Origin: Marsupella aquatica
Lineage: Eukaryota; Plantae; Marchantiophyta
DNA: 64,000 nt
NCBI GenBank assembly: GCA_973895155.1
Contig: OZ316897.1
Coordinates: 17,280,058-17,344,057, forward strand
Direction: 5' to 3'
Positions within the stretch are counted from its first letter, which is position 1; each line of letters opens with the position of its first letter. This document shows positions 12,839 to 26,900 of the stretch, piece after piece. The position numbers and the translations under genes were made by a program. Under the pieces are notes generated by a model. The model searched no databases and had not been told where the DNA came from. It was given only the letters and a program-made list of their open reading frames with translations.

Positions 12839-14422
12839 ATGGCACAACAGATGGGGAAGTTTGCGTACACTGTGGTATATGTGAAGGATGTGGTCCAGTC
12901 CAGCGAGTTTTACAAGAAAGCTTTTGGGATACAAGTACGCCGGTTGGAACAAAATCAAAAGTATGACTTGCTTTACTTCTTTTGTTTGCATGAAGCTGCT
13001 TGGAATGATTGGATCCTCAATCTTTTCTCATCTGGATTTCTCAATATGCTCACCTTGATCGGGGGTTTCAATGTGTTCATTAGCCATCAACCTACGCCTA
13101 GTGTAATCTGTACGTTTGTTTGCAGTCTTGCCTCACGACATTGACGTAGAGTCAATAGAAGCTAGGTACTGGCATGCTCATATGAATAGAGGTCCTGTTG
13201 ACGACATTAGACGATACGCTTGCAATGCAATAGTGCTCCTGAATGCTCCTACCTAGTGTCTCTCGAGCACAACAGGTCCGATTTCAACTCCGAGATGGCA
13301 GCAGATGAACGAACCAGGATTCAAAACCTGTTGTTTATACCCAAACGTATTCTCCACAGATTGTTGAGTATGAAGTACCTAGCTCATTCCGATCGATGAG
13401 TCATGAACTTACGTTCGACTCCTTCAAGTTCGGAAAGGGTTAGAAAAGCAATATACTTTCGTTCTTCCCTTTCTTCCTTTGTTTGGTGGACCCCGTCTCC
13501 TCCACCACAACCAGTCTGGCGGACGAAGCAATAGAAAGTTTTAATCTCTTAATCGGTGGCGTTTAGTCTTCGTAGTTATGTGACAGCCAGCAATAAACCC
13601 GTGCGGCATGTTAACGACCACCAGATGGAGGATACGAGACGTTCTCAAGGCCGACCAAATTAATCATTCTTGGGTCTTTTTCGAAGTAGTGGGGACGAGA
13701 ACCTCGGTCATGAGAGTGAAAGCTGGAACAATGAGACGAGAGTCAACTGGAAAAGAGTTAGGGCTGAACTGTTGAAGTTCATTTGGTGATTCTTGCAACT
13801 ATGTATTCAGGTGGGGAGAGTTGGATTCGGGTGAGACGACCATCGCGTTTACTCCTCTGGAGCAGCACGAAACAGCCATAACCGGGGGAGTGCAGACAGC
13901 CGACCTGGGAGAGCCGAGGCACAATGTCGAGCTTTGTTTCCACTTCAACGATGTAGACGAGGCGTTCAAGGTTGGTTTCTCCTTCTCATCATTCATGTCA
14001 AGATAGTTAAATTGATCAATCAATTGGACACAATCTTAGTACAATAGACACAAGACGGGGTTTCGAATCACGACAAAATACCCATTCTAATTTTTACTCT
14101 GCCACCTTTGAATTGTGCTTGCAATGCAAACTGTGGAGTGGTACATTTCTAGTACAACGGACATAAGATGGGGTGTCTCGTTGAGTCTTGAACCCAATGT
14201 GTTCAGCCCATTAACATTACGATGTTAGCTGATGTTTTTGCAACGCATTCTGTGAAATGCTGAGAACTAACATACAGGTGAATTGTGATGGATCAGCACG
14301 CAGTGTCAGTCGGGGCAGTGCCGGTCGCTCAACCTGAGGATAAACCGTGGGGCCAGAGGGTTGGGTATGTGCGTGACATAAACGGTGTCATGGTTCGTCT
14401 AGGCAGTCCGGTTCACGAGTGA
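12839..14422 (+). CDS. VOC / glyoxalase I-like (lactoylglutathione lyase family) protein, 135 aa
   Basis: Exons 12839-12960, 13811-13970, 14297-14422 (GT-AG, 408 nt): FAYTVVYVKDV..S.EFYKKAFG...KWGELDSGETTIAFTP...ELCFHFNDVDEAFKHAVSVGAVPVAQPEDKPWGQRVGYVRDINGVMVRLGS. Confidence 0.92.
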
Positions 14423-15954
14423 AACTGAAGCGGAGGAAACTTTGTGTCCACCTGTAATTCCACTGAATACAAACTCTGTTTAGTTACAGCAGGGTTGATT
14501 TTGAGAATATGATGCTTTGTAGATACAGATTCTCGAGGAAATCAGTAGTGAACATAATGAGAACTAGTCTATAGTGAAATTTTCCAAAATACTTCACGTT
14601 ACACATAGCCAACTGCTTCTCTTCAAAAGCATTGTCTGGAGTGTTCTCAGACAATTTTGTGTACATGCACAATACTGAAAATTGATGCCAACTATCAAGG
14701 ACTTTTCTGCGGTATCTAGTCCAGTATAGCTGGTTTTAAAGTCTCAGTAACTTGAGCTACCTGATTTTCCAAAGCTTTGTGCAATGATGAGTAAATGAAG
14801 TTTTCTAATTTGAGTTCATCCAACATAAACTCTCAATAACTTCAAAAAATAAGTTTCCAAAACATTGGGTATGGCGTCCAGGGTAAGACTCAATGATTGA
14901 GAAAACTGCTTAAAAAAATTTCTGTAACCGCTGCTGAACGAAGTTTGCCAATATGAGTCCCTTCTACGTGAAGTTTTAATGATATGACAGGATTAAATCC
15001 AAGAGTTGTGCAATACTTACATTCTTAAAATCTTTTTCAGAAACTGCTTCCCGTGGTGGACGTTGTGTTAATACTCGGTGTCGCCTCGAGAAATGCTTAT
15101 GAAATGTCATCTTCAGCTATACTTGGTAACATGCACATATAGCTTCAACTGCATGCGCATTAGAGCAAAATGTATAGGACAGTTCTCATCAACGCATAAA
15201 CAAGCTCTTATTGGAGAGTAGCAAACACTAAGCACCGGCCAGCCAAGAGATCCGCATGGTAAACTGAGAAGCGACAAGAATGTAAATGCTATTAGAATTT
15301 AGACAAAAGGGACAGTGAAACTATGCTGAGACTCCCTCCGTGAGAGCTGGATCGATGAAGTATTGCGAATCTTCATTCTCGATTTGAGCACCCGCTAAAT
15401 CTAAGCAACATCTCTATGGTAGATACGCTGGCACTGTATGAACGTTCTCGACAGTATCAGCTATCTGAGGCGCTATTTTCCAGCTCAAATGTCCCACCAC
15501 CAATATCCCCTGAATCTTTTCAACAGCCTTGACAGGTGAAACTGCTCAAACCTTGGTCTCTCTGAAATATAATAAAAATTAATATGATTCAAACTACACG
15601 ATACTTCAGTTGAATCTGAATATTATAATAACATTCTGCTTTAAGGTATGATAGAATGAAGATTACTATTGAGAATCAGCACAGCACTATCATAACCATT
15701 GACAAATTAAATAATTTAGCTATACCTAAAAAATAGCTTTCACTGAACAGAGAACAATGACCTTAAATCCAGTATAATGCGAAGGTAAATCAGACACTCT
15801 CAACACCCAAAACTTGCTTAAAGACAATGTTGAGGTCCTTAAAAATACAGGTTGTCCACTGGGACAGTACATAACAACCACTACGGCGGTCAACCACCTC
15901 CTGGTAAACCTCACTGAATAATGTTTTCCAGAGCCTGTGTCCAGGGGCTGTTGC

Positions 15955-17993
15955 TCATGAGACCAGAGCCTTCTCCAATGCCTCCTGCAGATCACCGCTC
16001 CTAAACGCCTCTGAAATGCCAACCGCACGGCTTATCAGACTCCATTATACAATTAAATTTCTGATTGCATTACCCTTTGCACAAACGATCTAAAACAGTT
16101 TTGCTGCGAATACGTGAGATGACTCACTACAGAAATCTTTCTCTCCAACTAATATGATCCTTTGCTTTGAAAGGAGAAGAGTACAGCGTACCATGAGCTA
16201 TATGACACCAAATTCCACATCTTGAAGGCCTTAGGACCTTTAGAAACGCAAAATAGTGTAGGCTGAGAGGGACAAACCTAAAGTGATATCACAGCCACCA
16301 TAAAACTCGCCGTCAACATACAGTTGAGGATAGGTTGGCCACCTCGAGTACTCCTTGACACCCTGGCGAAGTGAATCATCCTCTAGGATGTTGACAGTCT
16401 CGTAAGGTATGTTGCACTGGTTGAGGATCTGAATACATGTGTTGGAAAAGCCGCACTGTGGGAAGTTCCGGTTGCCTTTCATGAAAAGTACTACCTTGTT
16501 CGATTGTACAAAGTTATCGATGGCTGACTTCAATTCTGGTGATAAACCTGCTCAGACCATCCAAAGAACCAGCCAAATTTAGGTCACTGTGATTCTCAGT
16601 ATAGAGAGGACATACAAAATACAATAGACACCAAGATTGGTTCAATCCATCCCGGTGTAGATTTTGAAATTCATTAGGCAGAAAAGTTTTTTTTAACTCT
16701 GGACCAATGGCACCATCATCACATACGACTAGACTTAGCAGACATGAGTTGATCAAGTGATGCAAAATTGCTTTTCAACACAGTAACCCGTTTGGAACAG
16801 AGTTGAACGACAACATTGGGAGACGCTGAAATGTCAATTGTTAGTTTCCAAATAGGTGGTATCCCTATGCACCTCGAATCCTGATCTAGCAGCATTGCGA
16901 CTCTGATCTCCCGCTTACCTTCCCACCAATGGCTACCAAGATCAACTTTTCTTGACAAAGCAGTGAAAAGGTTTAGGTTGTTGCTAGTCGGAAGGTCGCC
17001 CCACCTTGCTCAAGTTCGAGAGATGGGCAAGAATGGGACGAGGCAAATCGTAACACTAATTCACCTTGAGTCGTGATACCTTCGGTCACATCCTCGGCTC
17101 TAAGTAGTCCCAGATTTGCAGGTGCTTAACATGTGTGTGCACCAGTTGGTCGCTTGGGTGGCAAGCTCCATGATTTCGTTGGCCGTTTAAAGGCCTCAGA
17201 AATTCAAGATGGAAGCTTGCGCTATACATCGAGAATTATGCTCCCAATCTAACAATTATAGGCAGAACAGTTCAATGTTTCGGATTGGGTGTGAGACCCT
17301 TATTCCTATTTCCAAAAGCAGCAGGACTCATAACCGGTTCGGAACATTATATGATCAAATTTTCTGGCTTTGGAAATCACTTTACCTCCAACGGCTCTAA
17401 TCTTCAAACCTCTCGCCCTCAGAATGCGGTGGTTGAATGGAAAAGCGGTGCACAAAACACTCGTATTGGTAACAAATCAGGCCCATGGGCTAACCAAAAG
17501 AATGGAAACTATCACAAATCACTGCAACAAAACCTGACTGGACGAATCACCAAATGAATGCATGTTTTTCACAATCAACTCTCAAACGGTAGCACCTCGT
17601 TAACGGATTTGAAGCCCTATCTCGTTGCTTCATTCTGAGTACACGAGTCTAGTGCGGCAATAATTACAATTAGCGACATGAGAGCTGACCTCCACCACCA
17701 CCACCCCCGAAACTTGCTCTGCAGCCCAACAAAGATCCCCTTCTCCCTCTGACTTGCCGCCGCTCCAGGCTGCCGCTCTTGACAATCGCTCCAGTTCTAC
17801 AACTACCGGACAATCCCTGTGCGTTCCATGCTGTTCGCAACCAGGACGACGACGACGTCGAGGGACGAAACGTTGGGCAGGAGGACGGCGAGGAGGAATC
17901 CGAGCCAGAGCAGCTGCTGCTACCCACTTGAACACACGAGCGGAACGATGCCACACTCTGCAGTGCCTTCTGAGCCCCAACGGCCATAGCCAT
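15955..17993 (-). CDS. GRXS14: Plastid monothiol (CGFS) glutaredoxin, GRXS14-like, 209 aa
   Basis: Exons 17993-17690 (Ser/Arg-rich transit-peptide-like), 16547-16278 ([16 protein letters not shown]...[19 protein letters not shown]), 16010-15955 ([18 protein letters not shown]); GT-AG, 630 nt. Confidence 0.9.
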
Positions 17994-18311
17994 CTCTGCT
18001 CACCTTGTGATTATGTCAGCAACACTACACAAACCCAATTGTTTCACGAGTTCAGCTTTGCCGTCCTCTCCCTGCAATTCTGTCTTCCTCCCTTGAGCAA
18101 CCCACCTCCAAATTCCTTCTTCAGATTGCCCCTTCTTCGCCACACACTCCCTGGAGCTAAAAGTAGCCAAGCTCACAACCAGAGAGCGAATTCAGTGCTC
18201 TGAATGAAGACCCACCCACAGGTAGAGCTCGGAGAGCGAGGCTGCAGCAGTACTGTAGGATTGGGATGAGCAGCAGTGGATTGCGTTGTGATTTACTGTA
18301 GAATAGTTTGT

Positions 18312-18970
18312 TATCTTATGGGGTATCCGGTGCGTCCCAGATTGATTTTTAGGGATTTTTTCGTTTTCTTGGTGTGGCGAATGTGACCTTTTTAAGAATC
18401 TTAATTTTTTTAATTTTTGGTGGCGTGGCGAATGTCACCTGAAGGAGAAGATGCTAGGAATATTGTTCATCTCAGTTTTTAATATTAATTGCTGACCATC
18501 GGATCTCACTAGAGTAAAGGAGGGCTGTTAGATTAATCTAGCTAATGGGATCTGTGTGTGAGTAGGTGGGGAACTGGCTGATTAATGGAGTACAGAGAAT
18601 CTATTGAGTTTATCTTATGAGGGTATCGTGTGCCATCCAAGCTTAATTTAAGGAAATTGTTTTTTGGTGGTGTGACTTATGTCACCTTGTGTGAAGGAGA
18701 AGATACTAGGAATATTGTTTATCTAAAATTTCAAGATTAATTTTTGACCAAGGTATCAGAGAGGCATGACTTTGTGATAGTTCACTTGATTAGAGATTGA
18801 TAGGTCTTGGGTTCAACCGTTGTGGCCTACACTTCCCAACTATCCAACTATTGTGGCTGATTATTTCCTTTCTGTGGGGTTTCACAGATTTCCCCTAACT
18901 AGTTTAAAAAAAAAAAGGCCTATTAGATTTGGGTAATGGGATCTGTGGCTAGGTGGGAAACTGGCTAGTG
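18312..18970 (+). repeat. Two tandem copies of a ~250-bp dispersed repeat module; the second copy is interrupted by a SINE
   Basis: Core aatgtcacct..gaaggagaagatgct.g.aa...gacca...gatctc.ctaga...ttagatt...ctaatggg...gtggct.ggtggg.aactggct. Also found at 39670-39810, 52938-53385 (x2) and inverted at ~60090-60330. Confidence 0.75.
18757..18916 (+). mobile_element. tRNA-derived SINE-like element
   Basis: A-box-like tagttcacttga, B-box-like gggttcaacc, 3' ctgtggggtttcacagatttcccc and a poly(A) tail. Homologous to 58019-58222 (-) and 58577-58720 (+). Confidence 0.7.
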
Positions 18971-20213
18971 GATTATGGAAAATCTATGTTGAGAGGTGAA
19001 ACCTAGTGAATTTTTGCAAACTACAAAATGCTGATGTAATTGACTGCAGTCAGAGAGGATGGTTAGCCCAAGGGGGTAAAAGGCCATTTGGGGGAACCAT
19101 GAAAAAAGTAGCCCTACCCAAAGTATATATCTTCATGTTTGTCTTGAATTTATTCTTGTAAAGTTGAAATATTAAATGGAAGTCTTAGACCAAACTATGT
19201 AGAATCATCTCCAATGTATAACTTTAATAAACTAAAATTGGTCAGTGAACATTAGTAATATAATGACTATTCATAGAATATAGTCCTAGATATGGCCCAT
19301 GGCCAGGCCTGCCAAAGATGCTTTCAGGGAGACGTAGCCTTGAGAGATTGCTTTAGGGTGCTTGGAACCAAACTCAGATTTTTCTTACTTTGAGTATGTT
19401 TGTAGATGCAAAGATCTGGCAAGGGCACTCTCACACTGCCTGGAACATTATGTCATAGTGTTGCAAAAAACAAAAAAATTGGGGGAAGGCTGTAAAGGTA
19501 AATTTGGCAACTTGTTGGGGGCAATTTGGTATTTTCAAAAGAATTGTGCTTTTTCAGGGACAGAGAGTTGGCATTAGGTCATGTCAAATAACAAGACTGC
19601 AAAAAACCAAACTTTTGGGGAAACTTGTGGTCATCAGGTGAGGTATTGTATGATGCAAACAAACAAGAAGTTTTCATAGCAAGGAGATTGGTGTTAGCGA
19701 GTCACTAGTGGCTTTTAATTTATTTTAAAACATTTGTTTTGCTCATTTGTATATATTTTTGTGCACTTTAAGACTCCACTGGCCTGATTACTGGTTCCTT
19801 GAAAGTAAATAGATATGAGAGAAAACATCTTGCATAATAAAACTTCTATGCTATTTTAGTCAATTCTTGTTTTTTGTCCACCCTCATTTCAGTTTTGTCT
19901 ATCCTCATTTAGAGATTTTTTATTGACACTCATGATCACTTTTGTGTGTATTAAGGGTTATGGTCTAGAGGCTTCACTCTAGACCCTAGGCCCTAAAGAG
20001 TAGATTTCATTCGCGCTTTTATAGTAAGATATTGCTAGCAATTTGCTAGCCAAGAATGGAATCCCAATATTGAATTTCAGTAACCAGATTTTGGCTAGCT
20101 AGGAACTAACTTTGCTAGTGTAGTGAGTTTTTTTATTTAGTGTTTGCTATCACGCTACAGGTGAGGTCATGTTATGTCATGTTCTATTTCAGGCTAACAA
20201 AGAATGCTACTTT

Positions 20214-20537
20214 TGAGAGAGAGAGAGAGAGAGATATTTGAGTATCATTTGGTGGAGACAGAAAAAAAGAAAGATGGAATTGATTTATTCAAGAGAGAGA
20301 TATTCACAAGAGGTTCGTCAGTACCGTTTGGTGGCTTTTGCAAAATAAGACAGAAAAAATTTGGATTGATTTATTCACAAGAGAGAGAGAGATTCACAAT
20401 GGTTCGGGTTCTTCAGTACCTTTTGGTCATTCCAGAGAGACAGAGAGAGAGATGGTATTATTCACAATGGTTCGGATTCTTCAGTACCTTTTGGTATTTC
20501 GGGTGCTTCATTGAAGTGAAGTGAAGATTGTGTTCAT

Positions 20538-20572
<35 letters not shown>
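20214..20572. repeat. GA-rich short repeats and (GA)n microsatellite upstream of the PPR-SMR transcription unit
   Basis: About three copies of attcacaa.ggttcg..tcttcagtacc.tttggt interspersed with (GA)n; long (GA)n at 20542-20572. Confidence 0.75.
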
Positions 20573-20576
<4 letters not shown>

Positions 20577-23500
20577 TCCCATTTCATTTCAAGGAAGGAG
20601 ATTCGGAGGCCGGCAGATTCGGAGGAGTGCAAATGATCAGGAAGGGCAAGAGGAGGAGAGAAAGGAGACGGACTGATTGACGGTAGAGAAAAGAAAGGGC
20701 GGGAGGGGACTCGTAGCGGAAGCAGCAGCGAGAGTTCAGGGACCACTCTCTGCTCTGGCCCCTCCTGTTGGATCGATCTTGCTTTGCGCTTGCCTTGTTG
20801 TCTGCTGGATCACAGACAGACATGGGTTGTGAAGAACAAGCAACAACAACTACTACAACAACAATGCCTCGATCTCCCTTCGCCCTCCTTCCAATGTCCT
20901 CTCGTGCAGCCGAAGATCCAAAGCTCTGCCACAGCAAGCAGCAACACCCTCCGCCCCCCCACACACATCTGGCGTTTGAGCCTGACCACATCAACACACA
21001 ACGTGCAGACTGCGCCTGAAGAATTGGGGGCTGCTCATCTTCAGCAAGGTCTGACCACAAGGTTCACTTCATTCCTCTTTAGTGCTAGCCTCAACCTCTG
21101 TCGTTGAGGAAGTGAAGAATGCTCCAAGATTATTGCAGTGTCGTGGAAATGAATGTACTTGAAAAAGAGTCGATGCGAGGGAGGAGAAAGGGTATCTCCA
21201 CCACCTTGTGTCTTACCTTCCATTGTGGTTTGGGGAAGAAGATTGCAGTATCGGCGTTCGACATATTGCAGACGAGAAATGAGCGCTTGAGGGTCTGATT
21301 TTTGTCTACGGCACACAGGACAGTGGGTTCCCTTCCACGCAGATCAAATGTAAGTGGATTGCACTAGGGGAACCGTGGTCGCTGTGGCGGTAACAATCGG
21401 ATATGGTGGATGAGATTCTGACCCCCAAATTTTCTGGAGCGCGCAAGAGTTGGAACCACGATGCCTGTTCGAAATGTGATTGCTTCTGACATGCCCAAAT
21501 CGTTGTCAATGTCATCATTTTCTTCATCACTCATACAGGGCCATTGATTGGCCGTGACATTGCATTGCCAGCCCTTAGTTGAGAAGAATTGACGTGTTAC
21601 CCGGGAGGACAGGTATTTGGCACCTGTTTAAAGAGGAAATTGGAAGGCTTGTGCGTGGAAGTAATCATGGGTATTTCAAGATCATACGTGCCGTCATTAA
21701 TCATATCAAACGCACTGGAGGAGTTCGGTACCTCATGGCAGATGTATGGTTAAGGAAGAGGAACTTTTCATGCTCAGCAGCAGGAGTTCCTACCTTCCGT
21801 GGTTTTTAGTTCACTTCTCCGTCCGTGGAATCGGCTAAAGACGAGAGAGTAAAGGGATTGACGTAATTAGTATATTAGGATCTATGCCTGCCGTTTTCGG
21901 TTGCTACGACGATGGCTGGCGGCATCGGTTGTGCAAGAACATCTTGGAATTACGCTTGTCAGCAGCCCACTGTGACGTGCGATTGGTTTTCCCAGGCGGT
22001 CAATGTAAGCAGTAATCTTCCTTTTGTTCGTTCTTCCTCCATTGAGTGATTGACGCTTTCTGGGTTCGTTCTGCGTTACGGACGTTGATTCTTGTGGGTT
22101 TCCTTCCATGGACCTTGAATGGTACAGCGATCCAATTCTCTTGAGAGCGGTGCGTTCATTCATTATTCATGAACAATCGCCTCACCTGATACAATTTCCT
22201 TGGTCCTGCAAACTGTTTCCTCCAAAATGTCTGCAATAAATCTTTGCTAACTGGCACTTTAAGATATCGTACATGGACATTCTTTCTTTCTCTCCAACGT
22301 GTGGACGCATTGTGCACGTTTGTCAGATTCATGATTCTCTCAGTTAAAGGTTTAAACTGAAATATTCCAAAAGAGGGAGATTTCTACAGAGATTTGAGAC
22401 CAGATGGACGGGAGAGCATTAGGCAGTCAAGAACGGGAAGCAGTACGAGCTGTTCGACAACCTAGGAGTGATCTTCTTCCCGGGAATTGGCGAATCTAGT
22501 TGTTTTAAGCGGTAGTGTGGGACGGCTGCCAGCTTTTGCGGAAATTTTCTTAACGTCCAGTGAACCGAGGAGATGAGAAAACATGGTTTAGATAGGTCTC
22601 TCGAAGCATCTTAGGGCTGGCTATTCAATTCAGTGTGGGAGAGTCACTGGTGTCACCACTCCCGTTCTTGGATATCACAGAATATTTAAGTGGAGTACTG
22701 GTGGTAAGCAGATGAACTGGTGCAGAGCACCAGCAATAATTTGATGAGCAGCGTCGAAACACTTGTTTCATCACATTATTGCCACAATGGCGTGCACGCT
22801 TAATTTCTATGCAGGATCATGAAGGTCCTAAGCCTTGAAAGTAAACAGAGCTTCAAATTTGATTCGCACACCTCATAGCTCTTTCATTGTGGCCTTAAGA
22901 CATGGTCATTCCTACAATAGAAATGCTTGGCGGTAGCGAATTCAATCGGAAAGGCTATCCACGATCGTTGAGAGGTTGGCGAAGAAAGTTGACCTGCACT
23001 TAGTTTGATAATCCCTGGAGCGCAAATGTGCTCGATTCAAATCTCGAAACTTGCACTCACAGAAACTTGCATTCAGAGAAATGCCGTTCTTGCGTTTGGG
23101 CAATGCCATGTGTGTTGACCAGATTTGGGGGTTTTTGGTCTTTAGGAATTGTATCCTGAAAGAGATTCTACGGTTCTGACCAATGTGTAATTGTTAGCGC
23201 AACTTACGTCGGATGATCGCATCAGAATTTCCGTCTCTTGATAATTGTACACTAATCTCTTGGCTCCAACTTTTGTTCATGTGCGTCATCACTTAGAGGT
23301 GGTGAACGAATATTTATCCCACTGTGGTTGTTTCTGAACATTGAATTTGATTATCTTGCAGTTGTCTTTAAGCTTGAGTTCTGCGATCTTGAGTTCTCTA
23401 AGGAAAACAACCTTATACTCTGGCTGTAAATCTGGACTCGTTTCAATATCTCGGTAATGTGAGTATTTTACCCTGACTAGTCGCGTAAGGTCAGATAGAG

Positions 23501-23989
23501 GTAACTGCTTGAAATTTAGCTCTTCGAGCTTCGAGATATTGATCAGAATTTGTCAATCATGAGAAGCTCGACCATTTTTTCCTTCAGTAATCATTTAGGC
23601 AGTTCGATCTCTATGTATGAACTACGCGCTTTTTGGTCACGTTCAGACCTTGTGACATGGTAATTTGCTTCACATTATTTGCTATGACATAACACATTAA
23701 TTTGGAGTTGTCGATTGCAGGAGCCCTATGGCGTTTCCAGATTGAGATGCCGTCCAGGGATGACAGGACCCCTTCGTTTTGCTCTGAAAGGGTATGTTAA
23801 TTCCATGAATGTCTTGGGTAGTATGTTTCTAAGAGTAGGCTGATGAACGCATTTCCCCCCTTGCCCAACTGGACAAGGAGATTAATTTTGACGAAGTTCT
23901 TTCTGCACTAAGAAGGGCTTTGCTTTTGGTGGACATACTTTGCAACCAAAGAGATTGATTAGAAGTGTTTGTCTTGGACCTCAACGCAG

Positions 23990-26900
23990 ATGAAGATTTG
24001 TCAAAAGCACCTCTCAAATGTTTACAGCCGCTCCAAAAAGCTTTTGATCTCTGCACGTGCTGGCAAGGTGGTTCCTGAAATCACGAGTAGTGCTGCTAGA
24101 GGGTTTTCTGATGGGGGAGGAAACAATCCAAAAGACGCCCCTGGCTTGACCAAGTTTGAAAAGAACAACCTTTCTCCATATCTGGGTGCTGTGTCTGGAT
24201 TATTTGATGGACCATCTCTACTGAAGCAGTTTCAACTGAAAAGGCTTTGCGGTGGTCTGGCCGACAGAAAACTCAAAACAAGTTCACAGTCAGACTGTCC
24301 CAAATCCTGTTTTGACAGCAGTAGTAAAGATTCAGGCTCAGTGCCTTTCTTCAAGGAAAATGTCCCAGGGCCAGCTCCAACGAGCAGCACGTCAGGAACT
24401 TTCTCAACTAAGACAGATAGCACGAACAAGCATGAAGGTGACGGCTTCGTTGAGCCACCTGTCAGCAGCAACTTTCCGAGTTATGGATCCACTAGTGACG
24501 TCCTGCCGACTTCCAATGGATCTGCTTTAAGCACCATTCCAGAAGAGAAGACAAAGGCGAAAAAATTACGTAGTGATCAGCAGGTTAAGAAACTCGACAG
24601 TTTCAAGCCCAGTAACTTTAAGGTTGATGACATGGGGAAGTTGGGAAGCGTCCCCACTCACTTACCAAGTATTAGATCTGACCAGAAAGCATTGCCTAAC
24701 GTAGTCACTCCTCAATCTTCAATTCCCTCAAACAAGCAATCAAATGGATCCAATGGGAGGAAGCCTTCCCAACTGGCGTCAAGTAATGTTTCCACCAAGA
24801 ATGGTAGAAATTCGGAGCCAGAACAGAGAGCAGGTCCTTCCAAAAGACCAGGAACTGAACTGCAGGAGAAACCAATATCCACTCCTGGAGGCGGGAGGCC
24901 TTTTTCCAAATTGCCAGACATAGACACACAGCAGAAAGGAAGAGTTTCAACCCCTGCGGATTCTCAGTCTGGCACTTTTGCGTCCCGATTGCAAAAGGGG
25001 TCAAAAAACACCAACAATGTCCTACAAGCTTCTGTGGCGAAGGTGTTTGGCGCATCAGTGGGACCTCCGAAACCGTTTCAACAGATGTTGACAGCGTCAC
25101 AACTTCATGATGCCATATGTGATCATTCTACACCTGATTGTCCAAGCTTTAGAAAGAGAGATATGCCAGGGGCAGTTCCTCAAGTGCCAATTTCAGCAGT
25201 TGCGCAGTCAAGTGATCCAGTGGAGGACTCTGACCTATCATTACAAGTGGGTGCCTCGGGTACAGGTGACTTGCCTCCTTCTCATAAGGAGATCGTCGTT
25301 GCAAATGAGAAATGCTCACAATTGGCGTTTGAAGTGAAAACAGACATGAGGCGACAAGAGAAGAGCTCAGCCAACCTCTGGAAGTATGGTAGCATGGCGG
25401 TTTGCACCGAGAACCCTGGAAGAGATTACACAACTGGTGACAGCCCACCAGACGCATTGGAGGTAATTACCAAAAAGAAATTGGAAATAAGCGGATTCCA
25501 TTGGTCCAGGTCCGGGAGCCGGAAAGTTGTGAACCATGTTTCTCAGATTTTGAAGAGTAACCAGTGGGGATCAGGTGTTATTGAACAACTTGATGCTATA
25601 AAGGGAACGGTAAATACTCACTGTGTCAACGCAATACTTCAACAACAAAAAGACCCATATCTGTGCCTGGCGTTTTTCAAATGGGCTCAAAGTCAGAAGG
25701 CCTACAAGCACGATGTGTTCGCTTTTACAACGATGATTAACATTCTGGGGCGAGCTAGAAATCTGAGAGGTGTGAGGCATCTGCTGGAGGATATGCATAA
25801 AGCTGGCATCGAACCTAATGTTGCAACATACAATAGTTTGATACTGTGTTATGGCAAGGTGGAATCATTGAATGAATCTATTCGAGTGTTTCGGATCATG
25901 CAGGAAGCCGGATGCAAACCCGATAATGTTACTTACTCAATTCTCATTCATTTGTGTATAAAAGCTGGGTACTTTCAAGAGGCCTTGAAGTTATACCAAG
26001 GCATGCTTGAGGCTGGCGTCCAGCCGGACACGATCACTTACAGCATTGTAATTGATTCACTTGGTAAATCAGGCAAATTGCGAGAAGCTCGCAAGCTGTT
26101 TCGTGAGATGAAGGAACGAGGTTGTGTTCCTAATGAGTTCACGTACAACAGTATTATCCATCGCCATGCCAAGGCTCGCAAGACCCAACATGCACTGAAA
26201 CACTACACCGAAATGCGAGCCGCTGGCTTCAAACTGAATGCAGTGACTTGCACAATCATGATGGGTGTTCTGAGCAGTTTAGGTAAGTTTGACCAGGCAG
26301 AAGGTTTGTTCTCTGAAATGCAGCAATCAGGGATTGCCGCAGACAGTGCTGCCTTTAGCCTGATGATCAACATGTGGGGTAATGCTGGAAATCTTGACAA
26401 GGCCGTGAGTTGGTATGGGAGGATGCTTGGTAGCCTGGTGACTCCCAGCTTAAGCGTCTTCAGCTCGTTGGTTGATGCTCACCTCAAAGCAAATCTATAC
26501 CAATCTGCTCAGCATTTTCTTACGAGTATGGTCATGTGGGGTATCAATCCTGATCTAAAGCTATACACTATTCTTTTGCGTCACTGTATATTATGTGAGA
26601 GGCAGGAGCATGCGGATGCCGTTCTTGGCATCATGGACCGGCTAGGACACCCGGCTCACCGTTTTTTGTATGAATTGCTAACTTCACCTAACCAGGATAG
26701 ACAGTCGATTAGAGCCCGGGTAATATCATACTTCGACTCGGCTGATCAAGAAGAGCAGGACAATAAGCAGGGGTTCGCTAATGCCTTGATTGAGTTTCTT
26801 CATAAGTTGCAGTGCAAGACAGACCCAAGAGTTGTGTGGGAGACTTGCATGGAAAAAGGTGTCTTTCCATCGTCAACTGTAAGACGGGAAGAACCCAATC

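Noticed and set aside
12839-17993. Functional redox gene cluster (glyoxalase-like + glutaredoxin, plus NADP-ME)
   Set aside because: Different predicted compartments, interspersed unrelated genes and no evidence of co-regulation; likely coincidental.
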